NCBI GenBank assembly: GCA_965203175.1
Contig: OZ241867.1
Location: forward strand, 5,440,001 to 5,504,000
Source: Candidatus Latescibacterota bacterium
GTDB taxonomy: Bacteria; Latescibacterota; UBA2968; UBA8231
DNA: 64,000 nt
Direction: 5' to 3'
A program made the position numbers and the translations under genes. The notes beneath the pieces are model-generated. The model did no database searches. It was not told where the DNA came from and worked only from the letters and a program-made list of their open reading frames with translations. This document shows, in pieces, positions 36,856-45,025 of the stretch (its first letter is position 1; each line of letters starts with the position of its first letter).

Positions 36856-38745
36856 TCAAGTATAGAAAAAAGAGACGGCCAGAGAAGCCCCGCCAATACC
36901 GACGCTTGCTCCTAGCAGAAGGCCTATGAAGAATGGTCGCGCCTGCCGAAAGAGACTCGCCCCGCCGTAGCGCAGAATTGCGGCCTTGAGGAGCCAAGCC
37001 AGAAAGATGCTGAACCAGTCGAAGCGGATATTCTGAGTCATGCCCAAGACTAGTCCCGCAGGGTGCAGAGGCCAACCGGCGATATGATGGTTGGCAAAGG
37101 TGAGCAAGGCAGCTAGCGCAGCTCCCACACCCATAAAGAAGGCCGTCTGGAGTTGCGGAGGGTGGGGATTGTTCATGGTGTTGGCGACCCAACCCCAGTG
37201 GAAGTCGGGCGACATGACAAAGTACCAGATCCAGCCGTGGATGAGGCCGTGTCGGTAGCCCAGCCAGATATAACAGCCCAAGGCCGTCACCAGACTGACG
37301 ATGAGCGCTGCGGTCATAAAGAGGAAGAGCTGGCGGCTCGTGATCTTTTGCTTTGCCTCTTCGCAGACCTTAAAAGCATGGGCTAGGGTGGCCATGAAGA
37401 AGAGTTGGAGGTCGGAGGCCCAGACAAAATTTACTCCCATGGCCGTCAGGTCGCGGTCGGAGAGATGTCCAGTACCCAAGATATTGGTCAGGATGGGCGG
37501 CAGTGAATAGGGGGCCCGCATGCGACCGAGTCCAGTCTGGGCGACCAGCCGCGCCATGCCGAAGAAGACGAGCAGAGCTACCAAGAGGAAGCCTAGGCTC
37601 CATAGGAGGGAAAGCCCAGTGGCATAGAGGAAGCCGGCCATGTACAGCAGGCCGGCCAAGCCGACGAGGGCGACATAGCGCGGCGAGAGCAGATAGGGTT
37701 CCTGGATACCGCCCCCCACGATCAGGCGCCACTGCTGGCGCAGGTAATCTCGACTGACCCACAGGGAAGAGAGGACTAAGAAAAACAGGGCACCAATCTG
37801 CTGGTGGGTCATAAGCACCGAGCCGGATGGCAGAGGGCCGGCTGGCAATGGACTTGCAATCCCGGCCCATACCAGCAGGCTGTCCTCCAAGTTCATCAGT
37901 ACATGGCAACCCCAAACGCCCAGCAACACGTTCAGGTTTACCAGATACCCGAGACCTATGATCAGCGGATTGACCTCAATGCGGTAACTGAGTCCCAAAC
38001 TGCGGGACACTAGTATGTTGGTAATGGGAATTTCAAAACCGTCTAAAACCTGAAAGTCGAAAAGACGGTCGAGCACATCTATGGTGGGTATGGACCAAGC
38101 GATCAGGAAACCGATCCACAGCAGTTTACTTCTGAAGATGCTCCCCGCCGGATCGTCCAAACTCCCCACCATGCTGGTCGGCAAAATGGTCATCGGATAA
38201 ACCAAGCGCTCCCGGCGGGACCACTGATGATGCATCAAGGTGATAAAGGATACGCTGACTAGATAGAAGGCCAACATAAATGTTCCCCACAGGAACAGAG
38301 GCTTGATCCATAGGCCCCACGGAATAGGCTGATCCGCGGGGATGCCCTGAAATAGGCCCGTGATGGCTTGGAGGTCTCGTGGCACAACCCATTCGGGTAT
38401 GTGGTCCCATATGAGATACTTCCAATTGTTCTCAGGTGTGGCGTAGTAGAACACCCCGGCGAGCAGAGGGATGACATAACCACCAAAACCCATAGTGGGA
38501 ATGACCGTGGAGACCATGAGCGCGGCATAAATAAGCGCCAGATGGGCTGCGGAGAGGCGTAGGAGAGGATGCAACAGGCGTAGTGCCAAGCCAACGACGG
38601 TAGTCCAGAAAACGATGAAGATGACGCCTATGGTGGTGAAGTGGTCGGCGAATCCCGAATACGTGTCCAGTAGTACATAGCTGCGGACACCGACGAAATT
38701 CAGGAAGGCGCACAGGCAAAGAGTGATTACCAGAATCAGCACCAT
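36856..38745 (-). CDS. Polytopic inner-membrane protein, DUF6785/DUF6784 (OPT-superfamily-like) putative transporter
   Basis: Many hydrophobic helices; QWSRRERLVYP, WPLHPAG, ILRYGG..ARPFFIGL motifs. Confidence 0.72.
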   Translation of the reverse strand: MVLILVITLCLCAFLNFVGVRSYVLLDTYSGFADHFTTIGVIFIVFWTTVVGLALRLLHPLLRLSAAHLALIYAALMVSTVIPTMGFGGYVIPLLAGVFYYATPENNWKYLIWDHIPEWVVPRDLQAITGLFQGIPADQPIPWGLWIKPLFLWGTFMLAFYLVSVSFITLMHHQWSRRERLVYPMTILPTSMVGSLDDPAGSIFRSKLLWIGFLIAWSIPTIDVLDRLFDFQVLDGFEIPITNILVSRSLGLSYRIEVNPLIIGLGYLVNLNVLLGVWGCHVLMNLEDSLLVWAGIASPLPAGPLPSGSVLMTHQQIGALFFLVLSSLWVSRDYLRQQWRLIVGGGIQEPYLLSPRYVALVGLAGLLYMAGFLYATGLSLLWSLGFLLVALLVFFGMARLVAQTGLGRMRAPYSLPPILTNILGTGHLSDRDLTAMGVNFVWASDLQLFFMATLAHAFKVCEEAKQKITSRQLFLFMTAALIVSLVTALGCYIWLGYRHGLIHGWIWYFVMSPDFHWGWVANTMNNPHPPQLQTAFFMGVGAALAALLTFANHHIAGWPLHPAGLVLGMTQNIRFDWFSIFLAWLLKAAILRYGGASLFRQARPFFIGLLLGASVGIGGASLAVSFFYT

Positions 38746-38768
38746 AGCTGTGATCGGGGCGTCTGCTC

Positions 38769-39524
38769 CTATTTCATGCGCTCATGCCATATGGCCAGAT
38801 CGCCTTCGACAAAATAAAGCCGCGTGATGGCTTGGCCGGTCGCTCCAGGCGCGAGGGGCCCAAAACTCGGAGCGCTATGTATGCAGGAGTATTCCATGTT
38901 CTGGAATAGGAAGAGAGCTGGTTTCGACGCGGTGGCTATAAAACGGCGACCGTCCACCGACTGGATAGCCATCCACCCCTCTAGGACCACATCTTCGGGC
39001 GTTGCCGCAAAATTGGCTACAAAAGGGATCTTTTTTCCAAGAGGAGCGCCCTCGACGCTGTAAAGCTGGATGGTGGGCCGGGGGCCAAACTGACGCGGCA
39101 ACGCCATCAGACGTTTCATCTGGCCCTGCTGGCCGACCCAATGACGCAGACAGTCGTGGTCCCAGACGGCTTCGGCATTATTTGGGTTAAAACAGTTGAA
39201 GGCCAAGGTGGTCTCCCAGTCCCTAGGACTTTCGTTGGTCAGGCTCAGATGCGCTTCAACCATCTCCTCTCCCGGGATAAGAGTGACGGTGTAGGAGAGT
39301 TCACCCGGACGCCTGCCGACACAATACAGCACACCTCCATCGCGTTCTTCCCAGTTGATCTCCACTTCGTCGCCAAACCAAGTTGCGGCGGCGGCATCGC
39401 CAATCGCTTCGGGAAAGCAGGCACCAAACGTAGCTCCTGGAAAAGCCGGGACATTGGATAGAGAAAAACTCATCGAGCTTGACCCTCCTGGCCCCGAGAG
39501 GGATTTGATCCTGATTGGTGCCAT
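38769..39524 (-). CDS. Hypothetical protein (beta-rich)
   Basis: 251-aa ORF tightly packed between co-oriented genes (1-bp and 23-bp gaps). Confidence 0.6.
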   Translation of the reverse strand: MAPIRIKSLSGPGGSSSMSFSLSNVPAFPGATFGACFPEAIGDAAAATWFGDEVEINWEERDGGVLYCVGRRPGELSYTVTLIPGEEMVEAHLSLTNESPRDWETTLAFNCFNPNNAEAVWDHDCLRHWVGQQGQMKRLMALPRQFGPRPTIQLYSVEGAPLGKKIPFVANFAATPEDVVLEGWMAIQSVDGRRFIATASKPALFLFQNMEYSCIHSAPSFGPLAPGATGQAITRLYFVEGDLAIWHERMK

Positions 39525-39525
39525 C

Positions 39526-40194
39526 TTAGCTAGCCTCCTTTGCGCAGCGAAAACCGTAGAACATGGACCGATTATTGGTGAAGCCGCTCATATTCCGCGC
39601 CGCCGGTCGCAGATTGACGACCGATTTAGTCAGGTAACACCCCCCTTTGATAAAAGCCGAACCCGGTCCCGGTGCGTCAGCGCACCATTCGGCCACATTG
39701 CCGACCATATCCATGACCCCGTACGGGCTCGCACCTTCAGGATAGGAGCCGACGGCAGCCGGGCCTTCCCGGCTGGAGCGTCCCCAGCAGCATACCTCTG
39801 GATCGAACTGGTTGCCCCAAGGAAAACTGAGGCCATTCATGCCGCGCGCCGCCTTTTCCCACTCGGCCTCCGTGGGCAGGCGCTTGCCCGCCCATTTTGC
39901 GTACGCCCACGCATCGTCCTGATTTACCCCAGTGACTGGATGGTTGCGCTTTTCGGTCGGGAGCGTCCCATCGGGCCAGAAATCCGGTGGAGGATGGCCC
40001 GTTGCATCCGCGAATTCGGCGTATTGAGCGTTGGTCACTGGGAACTTGTCGATGTAGAAAGCATCCACGTACACTGACCGCTGAGGGATCTCACCGATGA
40101 ACCAGCTAGTGTGGTAGCCGTACGCGGCTGCTAATCGGGTGGCTTCCCGTTCTGAGGTTCCCATCGGGAATACGCCGGCTGGAATCAATATCAT
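39526..40194 (-). CDS. FGE-sulfatase/SUMF1-domain protein
   Basis: IPAGVFPMG, PVTNAQY, RLPTEAEWEKAARG, DMVGNVAEW, GFRC. Confidence 0.88.
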   Translation of the reverse strand: MILIPAGVFPMGTSEREATRLAAAYGYHTSWFIGEIPQRSVYVDAFYIDKFPVTNAQYAEFADATGHPPPDFWPDGTLPTEKRNHPVTGVNQDDAWAYAKWAGKRLPTEAEWEKAARGMNGLSFPWGNQFDPEVCCWGRSSREGPAAVGSYPEGASPYGVMDMVGNVAEWCADAPGPGSAFIKGGCYLTKSVVNLRPAARNMSGFTNNRSMFYGFRCAKEAS

Positions 40195-40333
40195 TTCTTT
40201 ATTTTTCTGACAAATATACGGCGCAGAGGTGGCCTATAATGACAGCAATTGAATGTTCTTGCGCCATTATTTTCAGCGCGGGTATAGCCCCAAGCTCAGC
40301 TTTTGTTGATCGGTATCGTTGAGACCTTCATCC

Positions 40334-40417
40334 CAGACAGTGGCAGTGGGCGTCTATCTCGTGCGCCTGCACTACCCAGGCGGCGAGCAGACCCGGCGAC
40401 TGCTCCTACTCAAGTAG
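40334..40417 (+). pseudogene. Remnant 3' end of a FlgD/T9SS-CTD-bearing protein gene
   Basis: Manual translation QTVAVGVYLVRLHYPGGEQTRRLLLLK* resembles CTD termini elsewhere in the window; in-frame stop a few codons upstream. Confidence 0.65.
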
Positions 40418-40425
40418 CTCCCAGA

Positions 40426-40488
40426 CCGCGTCTCTCGCCTTTCTTGATGCTGCCGGGCGAAAGGCATCCCCTCGTTGCAATATGTCAA
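40426..40488 (+). repeat. Middle direct repeat (rlmI 3' end/uvrC promoter-like sequence)
   Basis: First 32 nt match 16478-16509 (29/32); full 63 nt match 42195-42257 (50/63, ungapped, last 19 identical). Confidence 0.82.
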
Positions 40489-40539
40489 TCCTCTCCTTGT
40501 TTAAGTCAGTTTCTACGCTATATTTCTGACATTATACCA

Positions 40540-41142
40540 ATGGATACGACCATGCCAAGCCTATCTCAGCACATCGCTAAACGCGCCGCCGAACTGCCCG
40601 AGGGGTCACTATTATGCCCAAGGGCGTTGCTCCACCTCGGAAGCAGAGCGGCAGTCGATCAAGCACTGTCGCGCCTCGCACGTCGTGGACAATTAATGCG
40701 GGTCTATCAGGGCGTCTATGTCCGGCCTATAGAGACTCGCTTCGGTCTGCGCCCGCCCGCAGTTGAGAAGGTCATTGAAGCGCTGGCAGAACTGTGGGGG
40801 GAGACCATTGTTCCCTGTGGCGGTGCGGCGGCGAACTTTCTTGGCCTCACTACTCAGACGCCGGTGCAGTCGGTGTACCTGACCTCTGGCCCCAGCCGTC
40901 GGTTGAAACTCGGCGCCCTGACAGTGCATTTGCGTCATGCCCCGCGCTGGCAGTTGGTAGCACCTAACCGACCGGCCGGCGATGCGGTTCGCGCCCTCGC
41001 TTGGTTGGGAGAGATTGAAGAGAACCTCGGCGCAATTGCGAGCAAGCTCTCCCCTGCCGACCTCGACGAATTCGTTGAATTGCGCGTCCTGATGCCAGCG
41101 CGGCTTGCAGAACTCGTGAGCGCACGGATCGTCAATGCCTGA
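40540..41142 (+). CDS. Type IV TA antitoxin, AbiEi-like (DUF6088)
   Basis: GSRAAVDQALSRL..G.LMRVYQGVY, GAAANFLGLTTQTP, YLTSGPSR; overlaps toxin start. Confidence 0.85.
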   Translation: MDTTMPSLSQHIAKRAAELPEGSLLCPRALLHLGSRAAVDQALSRLARRGQLMRVYQGVYVRPIETRFGLRPPAVEKVIEALAELWGETIVPCGGAAANFLGLTTQTPVQSVYLTSGPSRRLKLGALTVHLRHAPRWQLVAPNRPAGDAVRALAWLGEIEENLGAIASKLSPADLDEFVELRVLMPARLAELVSARIVNA

Positions 41143-42154
41143 TGCACTATTCCAGTCCCTTTCGGCCAGCGACCGACGCGACGCTCTGGAAGTAGCCGCC
41201 GGTTTGAGTGGCCGTCGAGCGCATCTGCTGGAAAAAGACATCTGGGTCGTACAAACGCTACACGCTCTCGCCGGAACCCCGTTCGACAGGAATCTGGTCT
41301 TGAAGGGAGGCACATCTTTGGCGAAGGCGTATCACGCGATCCATCGGTTTTCAGAAGACATCGACATCACCCACGACATCCGCGCTTTTGCGCCCGACCT
41401 CGTAGCCGATGGTGGCGAGGATGCGCTTCCGGTCAGCCGCAGCCAAGAGCAACGCTGGACGCGGGCGATCAGGAGGCGGCTGGTAGCATGGGTTCAAGAC
41501 CGGGCGCTGCCAGCTATTGAAGCAAATCTGGCTCAAGCAGGACTCTCCGCTCAGCTTCGCGCTGAAGGAGATCGGCTGTACGTCGGCTATACGCCGCTGT
41601 TTGCCGACTATGGGTTCGTAAGGCCAGAAGTGATGGTCGAGTTCGGGGGGCGCTCAACCGGAGAGCCTCGCGAAGAGCGTTTGACCGAATGCGATGCTGC
41701 CGCCTTCATACCGGACGTCGTATTTCCCTCGGCCCGCCCATTTGTCATGCTGGCCGAGCGCACGTTTTGGGAAAAGGCGACGGCCATACACGTCTTTTGC
41801 CAACAGCAACGCCGTCGAGGGGAGCGTCTTTCTCGGCATTGGTACGATCTGGTCCGGTTAGACGACGCCGGCTATGCTGAAAGAGCGCTAGCCGACCACA
41901 CAGGTATCGCTTTATCAGTTGCGCGGCATAAGGCGATGTTTTTCCGCGAAAAGGACGCCTCTGGCAGTTGGATAGATTACGAAGCGGCGGTCTCGGATGG
42001 CTTGCAACTGCTACCAAAGGGCCATGCTTATGAGGTGCTTGCCGACGACTACGAAAGAATGTTGAGCGACGGCATGCTCTTCGATGACGATGAACCTTTT
42101 GACGACTTGATTGCAAGGTGTGCGGATATCGAAGAGAGGGCTAATCGCCGCTGA
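41135..42154 (+). CDS. Type IV TA toxin, AbiEii/AbiGii nucleotidyltransferase
   Basis: LLEKDIWVV, LKGGTSLAKAY, RFSEDIDI, ERTFWEK, SRHWYDL. Confidence 0.9.
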   Translation: MPDALFQSLSASDRRDALEVAAGLSGRRAHLLEKDIWVVQTLHALAGTPFDRNLVLKGGTSLAKAYHAIHRFSEDIDITHDIRAFAPDLVADGGEDALPVSRSQEQRWTRAIRRRLVAWVQDRALPAIEANLAQAGLSAQLRAEGDRLYVGYTPLFADYGFVRPEVMVEFGGRSTGEPREERLTECDAAAFIPDVVFPSARPFVMLAERTFWEKATAIHVFCQQQRRRGERLSRHWYDLVRLDDAGYAERALADHTGIALSVARHKAMFFREKDASGSWIDYEAAVSDGLQLLPKGHAYEVLADDYERMLSDGMLFDDDEPFDDLIARCADIEERANRR

Positions 42155-42194
42155 GCAACTTGAATTCTCCCAAGTCCGCCGAATCGGGCAAAAC

Positions 42195-42257
42195 CCGCAT
42201 CTCTCGCCCATCTTGACGCACCCCAGCAAAACGCTTATCCTCGTTGCAATATGTCAA
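42195..42257 (+). promoter_or_regulatory. uvrC promoter region (right direct repeat)
   Basis: TTGACG (42213-42218), 17-nt spacer, TATCCT (42236-42241); homologous to 40426-40488. Confidence 0.72.
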
Positions 42258-42273
42258 CCTGCATCGCTTTCTG

Positions 42274-44124
42274 ATGAAGAACCTCTCCGAAGATCTGCGC
42301 CTCAAACTCGACGCCCTGCCCAACGAATCCGGCGTCTATATTATGAAAAGGCGCGACGGGCAAATCATCTACATCGGCAAGGCCAAAAGCCTGCGCGACC
42401 GGGTGCGCTCGTACTTTCGCACGTCGGGCGGCGATGGTCGGCGTCAGTTCAAAGCCCTAGTCCGCAACATCGCCGACATCGACTACATCGTAACGGGCAA
42501 CGAGCAGGAAGCCCTCATCCTCGAAGCCACCCAAATCCGCACCCACAAACCGCGCTACAACATCCTGCTCAAAGACGACAAGAAATACCCCTACATCCGC
42601 ATCACCGCCGAGCCTTTCCCCCGCATCTTCGCCACCCGCGACGTAGTCCGCGACGGCTCGCGCTACCTCGGCCCGTACAGCAACGTCCGCGCCATGCACA
42701 CCACCATCGACACCATGCGCAAAGTCTTCCCCATCCGCACCTGCAACGCCCAGTTGCCCTCAGACAAAGTGCCGCTGTGCCTCGAATACCACATCAAGCG
42801 CTGCGAAGGCCCCTGCGAAAACCTCGTCTCGGCTGACGACTATCGCAAAACCATCGAGCGGGCCGTGCGCTTCTTGCGCGGTCAGAACGCCGAAGTAATC
42901 CGCGAGCTGCAAAAGCGCATGACCGAGGCCGCCGAAGACATGCGCTACGAGAAAGCCGCCCGCTTCCGCGACCAGATCCAAGCCCTAGAATCCATGCGCG
43001 CGCGCCAAAAAGTCGTCCTCGACGAGCCGGTTGACCGCGACGTCCTCGGCATGGCCCGCAGCGACGACGAAGCCTGTTGCAGCGTCCTCGAAATCCGCGA
43101 GGGCCGCCTGCTCGGCAAAAAGCACCACTTCCTCGGCGGGGTCATGGAGTCCTCAGACGAGGAAATCCTCTCGGTCTTTACGCGGCAATTCTACCTGCAA
43201 AGCGACTTCGTCCCACCCGAGATTCACCTGCCAGACCAGCTAGCAGACGCCGACGAGGTAGCCGCTTGGCTGTCGCAAAAAGCCGACGGCAAGGTCGAGT
43301 TAGCCACCCCCCAGCGCGGTGCCAAGGCGCAAATGCTCGACATGGCCGCCAAAAACGCCACCCAGATGCTCGCCGAACGCCAGCTCAAGCGCGAACTGAA
43401 GCGCGACCGCATCCCCCAATCGGTCTACGCCCTCCAGCGCGACTTGCAACTAGCGGCTCCGCCCCGCCACATCGAAGGCATCGACATCTCCACCTTCCAA
43501 GGCGCGAACCCGGTCGGCTCAGTGGTCTGCTTTATCGACGGCCGGGCCAAGCGCAGCCAGTACCGCTACTTCAAAATCCGCGACCTCGCGCAACCCGACG
43601 ACTACGCCGCCATCCACCAAGTAGTCCATCGCCGCTTCCGCGGCCTAGCCGAGCGCAACGAGCCACGGCCCGATTTGCTGCTCATCGACGGTGGGCTGGG
43701 TCAACTCTCCAGCGCGGTCGCCGCCCTGCGCGAACTAGACATAACAGACCAACCCGTCGTCGGCCTCGCCAAGCGCTTCGAGGAAGTCATCCTGCCGGAC
43801 CAGCGCGATCCCCTGCTCCTGCCCAAGACCTCGGCCAGCCTGCGCCTGTTGCAGATGCTGCGCGACGAAGCCCACCGCTTCGCGCTCAAAAACCACCGCC
43901 AACAACGCGCCAAGAGCGCGCTCAGTTCCACCTTGGACCACGTCCCCGGCATTGGCCCACAAAAGCGCAAGGCCCTGCTCGTTGCCTTTGGCTCGGTCAA
44001 GCGCATCGCCGCCACGCCAGCCGAGGAAATTGCCGCCCTCCCCGGCTTCAGCCGCAAACAAGCCGACGCCCTGCTCACCCATCTCAATGGCCCGGATCAT
44101 GGCTCGCCCGAAATCCACGCCTGA
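42274..44124 (+). CDS. uvrC: Excinuclease ABC subunit C
   Basis: GVY..YIGKAKSLRDRVRSYF GIY-YIG, KPRYN, IEGIDIS, LIDGG.GQ, RDEAHRFA, HhH. Confidence 0.96.
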   Translation: MKNLSEDLRLKLDALPNESGVYIMKRRDGQIIYIGKAKSLRDRVRSYFRTSGGDGRRQFKALVRNIADIDYIVTGNEQEALILEATQIRTHKPRYNILLKDDKKYPYIRITAEPFPRIFATRDVVRDGSRYLGPYSNVRAMHTTIDTMRKVFPIRTCNAQLPSDKVPLCLEYHIKRCEGPCENLVSADDYRKTIERAVRFLRGQNAEVIRELQKRMTEAAEDMRYEKAARFRDQIQALESMRARQKVVLDEPVDRDVLGMARSDDEACCSVLEIREGRLLGKKHHFLGGVMESSDEEILSVFTRQFYLQSDFVPPEIHLPDQLADADEVAAWLSQKADGKVELATPQRGAKAQMLDMAAKNATQMLAERQLKRELKRDRIPQSVYALQRDLQLAAPPRHIEGIDISTFQGANPVGSVVCFIDGRAKRSQYRYFKIRDLAQPDDYAAIHQVVHRRFRGLAERNEPRPDLLLIDGGLGQLSSAVAALRELDITDQPVVGLAKRFEEVILPDQRDPLLLPKTSASLRLLQMLRDEAHRFALKNHRQQRAKSALSSTLDHVPGIGPQKRKALLVAFGSVKRIAATPAEEIAALPGFSRKQADALLTHLNGPDHGSPEIHA

Positions 44125-45025
44125 ACGCCCGCTGACAGCGGCCCTGTCCGTCCCCTGCGAGCGCTTCCTCAAGGCCATGGAGCGCGACAATGGGCTGGCG
44201 GCCAATACCCTCGACGCCTATCGCCGCGACCTCAACCGCTATCTGCACCACCTGTCCGCCCAAGGCGTCGAGCGCCTAGAAGCCGTCCAACACCAGCACA
44301 TCGCCCATTTGCTCCACTCGCTGCGCGACGCCGGCCTAACTGCTTCCACCATGGCCCGCAACCTCACCTCGATAAAGCGCTTCCACCAGTACTTGCTGCT
44401 CAAGGGCACAACGACGCACAACCCGGCCGAACTCCTCGATCCGCCCAAACTGGAGCGCCGCCTGCCCGACGTGCTGTCGGTTGAGGAAATCGCTGCTCTC
44501 CTCGCTGCGCCCGACCCCGACGAGCCGCTGGGCCAGCGCGACCGGGCCATCCTCGCCGTGCTCTACGCCACCGGCATCCGCGTCTCCGAGCTGACCGCGT
44601 TGCAACAGGAGGCCCTGCTGCTGGCGCGGGGCCTCATCCGCATCCGCGGCCGGAGCGAGCGCATCGTACCCATCGCGGCCAAAGACGCACGCACACTTAG
44701 ACACTACCTGCGCCAGGGCCGTCCCCACCTCGCCCGTCCCGACTCAAGCGACCACGTCTTTCTCAACGCACAAGGCGGTCCGCTCTCGCGGATGAGCGTG
44801 TGGAAGATCATCAAAACCGCTGGTGAAAAGGCCCGCATCGACAGGGAGATCAGTCCCCACACCCTGCGCCACTCTTTTGCCACGCACCTATTAGAAGGCG
44901 GCGCTAACCTCCGCGCCGTGCAAGAACTGTTGGGACACGCCGACATCTCCACCACCCAGATCTACACGCACCTCGACCTCAGCTATCTCAAAGAGGTCCA
45001 CAAGACTTACCACCCCCGAGGTTAG
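44099..45025 (+). CDS. xerD: Site-specific tyrosine recombinase XerD-like
   Basis: NTLDAYRRDL, LYATGIRVSEL, HTLRHSFATHLL, LLGHADISTTQIYTH; start uncertain (44087 or 44099). Confidence 0.85.
   Translation: MARPKSTPERPLTAALSVPCERFLKAMERDNGLAANTLDAYRRDLNRYLHHLSAQGVERLEAVQHQHIAHLLHSLRDAGLTASTMARNLTSIKRFHQYLLLKGTTTHNPAELLDPPKLERRLPDVLSVEEIAALLAAPDPDEPLGQRDRAILAVLYATGIRVSELTALQQEALLLARGLIRIRGRSERIVPIAAKDARTLRHYLRQGRPHLARPDSSDHVFLNAQGGPLSRMSVWKIIKTAGEKARIDREISPHTLRHSFATHLLEGGANLRAVQELLGHADISTTQIYTHLDLSYLKEVHKTYHPRG

Larger units (their letters stand above)
16478..40457. mobile_element. Putative ~24 kb genomic island/insertion hotspot at the 3' end of the rlmI-like gene
   Basis: Flanking direct repeats, no core genes inside, AT-rich intergenic tracts, truncated gene remnant at right edge; no integrase seen. 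Confidence 0.5.

Noticed and set aside
39526-40194. FGE/C-type-lectin domain as a diversity-generating retroelement target
   Set aside because: No reverse transcriptase and no template/variable repeat pair seen
40463-40490. ATATGTCAA as the XerD arm of a dif/pdif site
   Set aside because: No XerC-arm match at 6-bp spacing in either copy; the sequence is better explained as uvrC promoter DNA
40303-40539. N-terminal extension of the AbiEi ORF in the track
   Set aside because: It spans the CTD remnant and the repeat; family similarity starts at about ATG 40540/40552
16478-42257. Integron cassette array with xerD as the integrase
   Set aside because: Repeats lack the attC RYYYAAC/GTTRRRY structure and the recombinase lacks the IntI-specific insertion
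43077-44135. 352-aa alternate-frame ORF within uvrC (similarly 9967-10872, 46672-47430, 61734-62477, 42111-42836)
   Set aside because: Shadow ORFs with no recognisable motifs overlapping well-supported genes, as expected at high GC
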